Below, piece by piece: positions 57,399 to 64,000 of a DNA stretch of 64,000 nt. The DNA is taken from assembly GCA_963767005.1 (NCBI GenBank), contig CAVYCN010000004.1:192001-256000 (forward strand), given 5' to 3'. This DNA is from an uncultured Actinomycetes bacterium. Its GTDB lineage: Bacteria; Actinomycetota; Thermoleophilia; UBA2241. Both the position numbers and the translations under genes were made by a program. A model generated the notes under the pieces. That model was not told the origin of the DNA, did not search any database, and saw only the letters and a program-made list of their open reading frames with translations. Numbering within the stretch: the first letter of the stretch is position 1; every line of letters begins with the position of its first letter.

Positions 57399-58655
57399 GT
57401 GAGTGAGTCGGTCGACATCGCCATCGTGGGCGGGGGGATCATCGGCGTCTGCGCGGCCTACTGTCTGGCGGGCGCGGGGCGGTCTGTCGCGATCATCGAG
57501 CGCGAGGACATCTGCGCGCGCGGCGGCTCGACACACTCCAACGCCGGCCTGATCACGCCGAGCGACGTCTACCCGCTGGCTTCGCCCGGCGCGCTCGGCG
57601 ACGGCCTGCGCTGGCTGCTCGACAGCTCGAGCCCCTTCTACATCGCGCCCCGCGCCAGGCCGCGACTGGCGCGCTGGCTCTACCTGTTCGCACGCGCGAG
57701 CGCCGCCGAGCGCGCCCGGCGCGCCATGCCAGTGCAGCGCGCGCTGCTGCGCCTGAGCGCCGACCTGTGGTCGGAGATCGCGGCGACGCCGGGCGTCGAC
57801 TTCGGCTACGAACGGCGTGGCTGGCTGTGGACCTATCACAACGAGGCCTCGCTGCGGACCGGCGCGGCCGAGGCGGCCGAGGCGGCGGCCTACGGCGCGA
57901 CCTCCGAGGTATGGGACGCCGGCCGCGTGCGCGAGGCCGTGCCGGGAGTGGCGCCCGAGGTCTGCGGCGGCGTGTACTTCAGCGAGGACGCCCACTGCGA
58001 CCCGCGCCGGGCCGTCGAGGAGATCGCGCGCCTGGCGGCGGGGCGCGGCGTGGAGCTGCGCACCGGCGTCGAGGTGCTCGACGTGGAGGCGCGCGGGAGG
58101 CGCGTCTCGACGCTGCGCACGACGGCCGGTGAGCTCGCGGCCGACGTCGTGGTGCTGGCCGCCGGCTCGTGGTCGCCGGCGCTCGCCGGCCGCCTGGGGA
58201 TCGACCTGCCGATCGAGCCGGCCAAGGGCTACGGCCTGACGGTGGCCCGGCCGGCCGCCCTGCCGGAGCTGCCGATCTACGAGGTCGCAAGCCACGTGGC
58301 CATCACGCCCATGGGCGACGGGCTGCGCCTGGCCGGCACCCTCGAGCTCGCCGGCCTCGACATGCGCGTGCGCTGGAACCGCGTCGCGGCGATCAGGCGC
58401 GGCGCCGGGCGCGCGCTGCGCGGCGCCGCCGAGCTCGAGCCGCGCGCCGTGTGGCGCGGTCTGCGACCCTGCACGCCGGACGGGCTGCCGATCGTCGGCC
58501 GCAGCCCGCGCCACGACAACCTGATCGTAGCGGCCGGCCACTGCATGCTGGGACTCGGCGCCGGACCGGCGACCGGCGCGCTCGTGGCGGCCCTCGTCGA
58601 CGGCCGCGAGCCGCAGATCGACCTCGCGCCCCTGCGCGTCGACCGCTTCGCCTGA
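57399..58655 (+). CDS. dadA: FAD-dependent D-amino acid dehydrogenase (DadA family)
   Basis: IVGGGIIG, NAGLI, PAKGY, GLRPCTPDGLP, GH.MLG. Confidence 0.87.
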   Translation: MSESVDIAIVGGGIIGVCAAYCLAGAGRSVAIIEREDICARGGSTHSNAGLITPSDVYPLASPGALGDGLRWLLDSSSPFYIAPRARPRLARWLYLFARASAAERARRAMPVQRALLRLSADLWSEIAATPGVDFGYERRGWLWTYHNEASLRTGAAEAAEAAAYGATSEVWDAGRVREAVPGVAPEVCGGVYFSEDAHCDPRRAVEEIARLAAGRGVELRTGVEVLDVEARGRRVSTLRTTAGELAADVVVLAAGSWSPALAGRLGIDLPIEPAKGYGLTVARPAALPELPIYEVASHVAITPMGDGLRLAGTLELAGLDMRVRWNRVAAIRRGAGRALRGAAELEPRAVWRGLRPCTPDGLPIVGRSPRHDNLIVAAGHCMLGLGAGPATGALVAALVDGREPQIDLAPLRVDRFA

Positions 58656-58768
58656 GCGGCTTCGCACCTCTCGCGGCGGGAGCGCCCCCGAGGGTGGTCG
58701 TAGCGGCGCACGCCGGGCGGCTATACAATAGGCGCCGCTCGAGCCAGCGACCTTCTGGAGGAGGGGCC

Positions 58769-60403
58769 ATGAAGGCCAAGCTCACCGTACTCGCCGTCGT
58801 GCTCACCGTGATCGCCGCGACGGCCGTCTTCGCCGCACCGGCCGGCGCCACCATGGTCACTGGGCGCTACGCGATCACCGCCGACAAGCCGGCCGAGGCG
58901 CAGCCCGACCTGTGCGGCGCCAACCTCGTGTGGCAGGTGCGCTCCGGCGGCGACTGGAACATCGCCTACGCGCCCAGCCCGACCTCGGCGGCGACCGTCA
59001 TCTGCTCCGACGCCGCCGACCAGATCCTGCCGCGCGTGAGCGTCGACGCCAACGGCCACGTCCTCGTCGTCTGGGAGGACCACCGCAACGGCAACGCCGA
59101 CATCTACGGCTACGACGTCACGAACCATCAGACGCTCGTGATCTGCAAGCAGGCGGCACAGCAGGTGGCGCCGCGCATCTCCGGCGACTGGGTCGTGTGG
59201 CAGGACGACCGCGACGGCAACTGGGACATCTACGGCGCCACGATCACCACGTCGGACACGCCCGACACCCCCGATACCGTGAGCGAGGCGCCGATCTGTA
59301 CCGAAGCCCACGACCAGATCGAGCCCGACGTGTCGGGCGACACGGTCGTGTGGGCCGACACGCGCTACGGCGACCACGACATCATGGGGTACAACCGGGT
59401 GGCCGACCAGACCTACGCCGTCTGCCTGAACGACGCCGTACAGGATCAGCCCGCCGTCTCGGGCGACACGGTGGTCTGGCGCGACTATCGCAATCAGGCG
59501 ACCGAGGGCGCTGACATCTACGGCTGCGACCTCGTGACCGGGCGTGAGTTCCCCGTCTGCACGGCGCCCGGCGACCAGGGCTCGCCGGCGATCGACCAGG
59601 ATCTCGTCGTCTGGGCCGACAGACGTTCTGCCACCTCGGGCCTCGACGTGCGCGCCTTCGACCTGGCGCTCCAGCAGGACGTGACGATCTGCAGCGCCGC
59701 CAAGTCGCAGTACCAGCCGACGGTGTCCGTCGACTCAGCCCGGCCCGCCGACCCCTACCAGGTGGCCTGGTGCGACCAGCGCACCGGCAGCGCCGAGCTG
59801 TGGGGAGCCGACCTCACACCGTGGACCCTGCGCCTGACGGTCGATGGCGGCAAGGCCTGGACACGCAGCCTGACCGCCCGCCTGCGCCTGTTCGCGCAGG
59901 GCAAGACCGGCATGATCACGCAGATGACGCTGGCCAACGTCTACCAGGGCGCGCCGACCGGCGTCGCCGAGCCCTACGCCACGGTCAAGTCGCCCTGGTA
60001 CCTGCTGCCCAAGGGGGACGGCCACAAGTGGGTCGGCGCGGTCTTCACCGACCTGAACGGCTACTCGTCACCGACGATCGAGCGCGAGATCACCCTCGAC
60101 ACCCACGGCCCGCAGTGCTACGTGCCGAAGGCGGTGACCGTGAAGCGCGCCGCGACCGCGTCGATCGGCGTGCGCGTCAAGGACAACCTCTCGCCGACCG
60201 TCGCCGCCGTCGTGCGCGTGTTGAACGCCCGGGGCGACGTCGTCAAGACCATACTGGCGCCCGCGCTCAGCAGGAACGCGCTGCACCACTTCACCTTCGT
60301 CTGCAACCTGGCCGCCGGCACGTACAAGGTGAGGGTCGTCGCGACCGACCTGGCCGGCAACAAGCAGTCGCTCGTGGGGTCCAACACCCTGACGGTGCAG
60401 TAG
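58769..60403 (+). CDS. Secreted beta-propeller repeat protein with C-terminal Ig-like domains
   Basis: Signal peptide; repeats IC..Q..P.vSG..VVW.D.R.G..DIYG; LDTHGP; ATDLAGN. Confidence 0.82.
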   Translation: MKAKLTVLAVVLTVIAATAVFAAPAGATMVTGRYAITADKPAEAQPDLCGANLVWQVRSGGDWNIAYAPSPTSAATVICSDAADQILPRVSVDANGHVLVVWEDHRNGNADIYGYDVTNHQTLVICKQAAQQVAPRISGDWVVWQDDRDGNWDIYGATITTSDTPDTPDTVSEAPICTEAHDQIEPDVSGDTVVWADTRYGDHDIMGYNRVADQTYAVCLNDAVQDQPAVSGDTVVWRDYRNQATEGADIYGCDLVTGREFPVCTAPGDQGSPAIDQDLVVWADRRSATSGLDVRAFDLALQQDVTICSAAKSQYQPTVSVDSARPADPYQVAWCDQRTGSAELWGADLTPWTLRLTVDGGKAWTRSLTARLRLFAQGKTGMITQMTLANVYQGAPTGVAEPYATVKSPWYLLPKGDGHKWVGAVFTDLNGYSSPTIEREITLDTHGPQCYVPKAVTVKRAATASIGVRVKDNLSPTVAAVVRVLNARGDVVKTILAPALSRNALHHFTFVCNLAAGTYKVRVVATDLAGNKQSLVGSNTLTVQ

Positions 60404-60647
60404 CCGGCGGGCGTACCGAGCCGCGATCGCCCTCTGGAACGGCGAAACGGCCGCCTTGCGGCGGCCGTCGCCTGTGGCGCCGGTCCGGCCAACCGGCGCG
60501 CACACCTTGGGGGTCCAAGGGCCCTCGCCGGTCGTGCGCCGTTTCTGGCGCCCGGCGCGGCGGGTCGGGCAAGCAGCGTGATGCCCCGAACGCGTCACCG
60601 CCACACCGTTGCCGGCCGGCGCGACGGGGCGGTCCGGCGTCACGACG

Positions 60648-60692
60648 AGAGCGGGGGCCGGCCTCGCAATGCGAGGCCGGCCCCCGCTCTTT
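60648..60692 (+). terminator. Intrinsic terminator-like 20-bp stem
   Basis: AGAGCGGGGGCCGGCCTCGC-AAT-GCGAGGCCGGCCCCCGCTCT followed by TT. Confidence 0.65.
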
Positions 60693-60738
60693 GAGCACTG
60701 CGCCGGTGGGCGCCGCCCGTCGCCGCACGCCGTCAGGC

Positions 60739-60784
60739 GACCGCGTCGCTGACGCTCAGGTTGGCGTGACTTCGTCGCGCGCCT
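60739..60784. repeat. REP-like repeat, diverged copy
   Basis: GACCGCGTCGCTGACGCTCAGGTTGGCGTGACTTCGTCGCGCGCCT; the 3' 22 nt are identical to the 34309-34354 copy. Confidence 0.75.
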
Positions 60785-62459
60785 ACCGAACGACGAGCCT
60801 GTTCGAACCCGCCTTTACCTGGTGGTTGCCGGCGAGATCGGTCGCGTACACGGTGAAGTGGTAGACGCCGCGATGCAGGTGGCCCAGGCTCGCGCGGAGC
60901 GCCCGGTTGGTCGCGCGGCGGCCCAGGCTGACCGTGCGTACGAGGCGGCCGCTGCGGGTGCGGACCTTGATGGTCACGCTCGCCCGCGGGCTGGTCGCGT
61001 CCTTCACCCTGAAGTGGACGAGAGCCCGCCGCCCGCAGGCTGCCACGGCGGCGCGCGCCGTCGTCGTCGGCCCGTGGGTGTCGAGGTGGACCGTGATCGT
61101 CACGGTCTGGGGCCAGACGTTGCCGTCGGCGTCCTCGAACTGCAGCGAGATCGTCTTGGTCCCGTCGCCGCTCGGCAGCTGGAGCTGGTCGATGCCAGAG
61201 AAGGACTGCCAGGCGCTCCAGTTCTGACCGCCGTCGAACGACACGCGGTAATCGCTGAAGATCCCGAGCTGGTTGAAGACCGACAGGAACAGGGTGATGA
61301 GGTCGTTCGAGGTCCACGTCGTCACGATCGGCGTGGGGTCGGTCGAGTCGCCGCCCGGCATCCAGGTCGCCGAGTAGACGGCCGGATCGGCTCCGCCGGC
61401 GCGGCCGTCGAGCCAGACGATCGTGCCGCCGTCGGTGACGTCGGGATGGGTCTGCGCGCCGTCGGCGGTGCAGACGGGGAACTCGCAGCCGTCCTCGAAG
61501 TCGTAGGCGTAGATGTCGCTCTTGTCGGCGCCGTCACGGGCATCGGTCCAGACGACGAGCGGGCCGTCGATGGACGGATCGGTCTGCTCGCCGCAGTCGG
61601 TCGCGATCGGGAACGTGCCGTCGTCGTAGCAGCCCAGGCGGGGAGCCCGCACGAGCTTGCCGTCGGTCAGATGATCGGCCACGTAGGCGCCCCAGATGTC
61701 GGCGTCGCAGTCGCGGCCATCCTGCCAGACGACGAGGCCGCTGTAGACGTCGGGGCTGATCTGGTCGCCGTCCGCGGTGCAGATCGGCGCCGACGTGCTC
61801 GCCGTGTCGGTCGTGCCGTCGATCGTCGCGCCGTAGATGTCCCAGTTGCCGTTACGGTCGTCCTGCCACACGACCACACCGTCCGACACGGCTGGGTGGA
61901 GCTGCGCACCGGCGCTGTCGCAGACGGTGAGCTCATGGCCGGTGGTGGTGTCGTAGGCCATGATGTCGGCGTCGTCGGCGGTGTCCGGCGTCGACCAGAC
62001 GATGTAGCGCCCGTCGGTCGCCGGGTGCTCGCCGGGCCCTGAGGACACGGCGAACGGCGAGCCGCCGCCGGTCTGCTCGGCCCAGATCATGGGCGCGCCG
62101 CTCGAATCGTCGACCCAGGCGAGCAGGCCGCCCGCGACGGCCGGGTCGTACTGGTTGCCGGCACCGCCCGCGACGGTCGTCTGCTGCAGCGTGGCGAGGT
62201 CGACCGCGTAGACGTCGAGCGTGCCCGAGCTGTCTTCGGCCCAGTAGGCCGTGCCGCCGGCCGTGACCGGCGCGCCGGGTACGCCGCCGGGCTGAGCGAC
62301 CTGCTGCACGTTCTGCACCCAGGATGCGTCGGGCACCGGGTGACAGCCGACGCGCGCGAGGGCGACGCCCGGCAGGAGCAGGAGGGTCGCGACGAGGACG
62401 GTGAACGCGGCGAGGGTGAAGCCAAGCGACCGCAGACGGGGAGAGAGATGCGGTTGCAC
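60783..62459 (-). CDS. Secreted beta-propeller repeat protein (paralog of 58769-60403)
   Basis: Same repeats, GNWDIYGATI, LDTHGP, ATDLAGN.Q..GSN.L.V; GGAGG RBS before GTG. Confidence 0.82.
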   Translation of the reverse strand: MQPHLSPRLRSLGFTLAAFTVLVATLLLLPGVALARVGCHPVPDASWVQNVQQVAQPGGVPGAPVTAGGTAYWAEDSSGTLDVYAVDLATLQQTTVAGGAGNQYDPAVAGGLLAWVDDSSGAPMIWAEQTGGGSPFAVSSGPGEHPATDGRYIVWSTPDTADDADIMAYDTTTGHELTVCDSAGAQLHPAVSDGVVVWQDDRNGNWDIYGATIDGTTDTASTSAPICTADGDQISPDVYSGLVVWQDGRDCDADIWGAYVADHLTDGKLVRAPRLGCYDDGTFPIATDCGEQTDPSIDGPLVVWTDARDGADKSDIYAYDFEDGCEFPVCTADGAQTHPDVTDGGTIVWLDGRAGGADPAVYSATWMPGGDSTDPTPIVTTWTSNDLITLFLSVFNQLGIFSDYRVSFDGGQNWSAWQSFSGIDQLQLPSGDGTKTISLQFEDADGNVWPQTVTITVHLDTHGPTTTARAAVAACGRRALVHFRVKDATSPRASVTIKVRTRSGRLVRTVSLGRRATNRALRASLGHLHRGVYHFTVYATDLAGNHQVKAGSNRLVVR

Positions 62460-62619
62460 GTGTGCCTCCATTCGTGTGCGCCGCCGCAGCGCAAGCACTC
62501 ACGGGGCAGTATCGGCGGCCGGGCGGCGGTAGGCTTAGCGCAATCCATAACCCGTTCTGTGAACGCCCGGCACGCGGCCGGGGCCGGCGGCCACGGCCCC
62601 GACGCGACGAAGGAGGATC

Positions 62620-63594
62620 GTGATGGCAGGGATCGCGCACTGGGACGACTGTCCGCGGCGGCGCGCGGACTGGGGTCAGATGGCTGCCGAGTGGGTCGAC
62701 CTCGGCCGCGGCGCCGGAGCGACGAAGTCGGGCATCCGTCGCGTGCGCATCGATCCCGGCAAGCGCGCCACGCCGGTCCATGCCCACGCCGTCGAGGAGG
62801 AGCTCGTCTACGTGCTCGACGGCTCCGGCCTCTCCTGGCAGGGCGGCGAGACGTTCACGATCGGGCCGGGCGACCTGGTCGACCACCGGCCCCACTCGCG
62901 GGCCCACACCCTGCTCGCCGGCAACAAGGGCCTCGACGTGCTGATCCTCGGCCCCGACGTGCACGCCGAGGTGTGCCATCTGCCTCGTGCCGACGTCGCC
63001 TGGCTGGGGGACACCTGGGCCACGGCCGGCAACGGGGAGCACCCGTGGGCGCGGGAGGTCGCCGCCGGCGACCTCCCGCTACCGGAGCGGCCGAACCCGC
63101 GTCCGGCGCACATCGTGAACGCGGCCGACGTCGCCGAGCAGGAGCGGTCGATCGGCGACACGGACCGCCGCCGGCGCGATCTCGGCACGGCCGCCGGTAC
63201 CGTGACCTGCGGCCTGCAGCGAGTCACGGTCGCGCCCGGCATGATCGGCTGCCCGCCGCACGTGCACAGCGCCGAGGAGGAGGTCTTCATCGTGCTCGCG
63301 GGCGACGGTGTCTGCCTGCTCTACGGCGAGGGGTACCACACGAACTTCCGCGACCGGCCCGAGCTCGTCGAAGAGCATCCGCTGCGGGTCGGCAGCGTCG
63401 TCGCGAGGCCGCCCGGGACCGGCGTGGCGCACGCGCTGCGGGCCGGCGCGGCGGGCCTGACCTACCTCGCCTACGGCGACCGGATCGCGGACGACCTGTG
63501 CTACTACCCGCGCTCGAACAAGATCAATTTCGGCTTCGCCGGCGTGATCGGCCGGCTCGAGCTGCTCGACTACTGGGACGGCGAGGGGCGGTAG
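62620..63594 (+). CDS. Bicupin protein
   Basis: Two cupin motifs, PVHAHAVEEE..HTL and PPHVHSAEEE..AHAL; C-terminal YYPRSNK..DYWDGE. Confidence 0.85.
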   Translation: MMAGIAHWDDCPRRRADWGQMAAEWVDLGRGAGATKSGIRRVRIDPGKRATPVHAHAVEEELVYVLDGSGLSWQGGETFTIGPGDLVDHRPHSRAHTLLAGNKGLDVLILGPDVHAEVCHLPRADVAWLGDTWATAGNGEHPWAREVAAGDLPLPERPNPRPAHIVNAADVAEQERSIGDTDRRRRDLGTAAGTVTCGLQRVTVAPGMIGCPPHVHSAEEEVFIVLAGDGVCLLYGEGYHTNFRDRPELVEEHPLRVGSVVARPPGTGVAHALRAGAAGLTYLAYGDRIADDLCYYPRSNKINFGFAGVIGRLELLDYWDGEGR

Positions 63595-63603
63595 GTCGGT
63601 CGA

Positions 63604-64000
63604 TCAGGCGACCCCTCGCTCCTGGTCGGCGCGCCGCACGAAGGCGCGCATCTCGGCCGCGACGTCGGCGTCGAGCGGCTCGGGCCGGTGGCCCTCGATG
63701 ATCTCGCGCGCCCGGGCGAGCGACCGCGTGTACAGGTCGGTCGCGCCGTCGCTCTGCCAGTCCTCGCGGACGCGGCGGTCGAGCAGGCGCGGCTGCGACT
63801 GCTCGCGCATGTGTCGGTAGGTGCTGTCGAGGCTGAGGAAGTCGCCGAAGGCGCCGACCTTGTGGATGTCGTCGACCATGAGCAGGTCGTCGTCGACGCG
63901 GATGCCGTTCACCACGAACTTGATCATGGCGGCGAACTCGTCGTCCATGACGAGCTGCGCGCAATCGAAAGTGACGCCCGACTCGATCATCCCCGCTCCG
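63604..64000 (-). CDS. Trimethylamine methyltransferase (MttB) family, C-terminal part
   Basis: GAGMIESGVTF..QLVMDDE, GIRVDDD, VG..GDFL..T, LDR..W..G; the frame runs off the window. Confidence 0.82.
   Translation of the reverse strand, partial: GAGMIESGVTFDCAQLVMDDEFAAMIKFVVNGIRVDDDLLMVDDIHKVGAFGDFLSLDSTYRHMREQSQPRLLDRRVREDWQSDGATDLYTRSLARAREIIEGHRPEPLDADVAAEMRAFVRRADQERGVA

Overview
A 64 kb chromosomal window of very high GC content. Gene content and codon style suggest an actinobacterium, probably a Thermoleophilia-like facultative or strict anaerobe (inference). I found no rRNA, tRNA, CRISPR array, integrase or transposase. The window holds transporters (MMPL, three MFS, several ABC), a Fur-led Ni/Co ECF transporter (cbiM/Q/O type), an ECF sigma/anti-sigma pair coupled to a fabZ-H-D-G-F-accD-accA operon, thiol-redox and stress genes (glutaredoxin fusion, YyaL, cysteine dioxygenase, msrA, msrB, alkA/ogt, xpaC-telA), two decayed redox pseudogenes, a TetR-efflux operon, a two-component envelope module, two paralogous beta-propeller surface proteins and the 3' end of an MttB-family methyltransferase. 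The best candidate for an undescribed system is the minus-strand cluster at about 41.6-48.1 kb: yezD-like, permease-less ABC ATPase, Cys-rich G3E GTPase, IscS-type desulfurase, Fe-S domain protein, cysK and an orphan HydE. It carries two related AT-rich Rrf2-type operators and no IscU/NifU/SufB scaffold, so it may be a non-canonical Fe-S or sulfur-relay machinery. Other notable signals are a candidate C-rich-loop sRNA with phased upstream repeats (about 34.1-34.25 kb), tandem ECF promoters, a dispersed REP-like repeat and a perfect 54-bp palindrome. Family assignments come from motif recognition by eye; no database searches were run.
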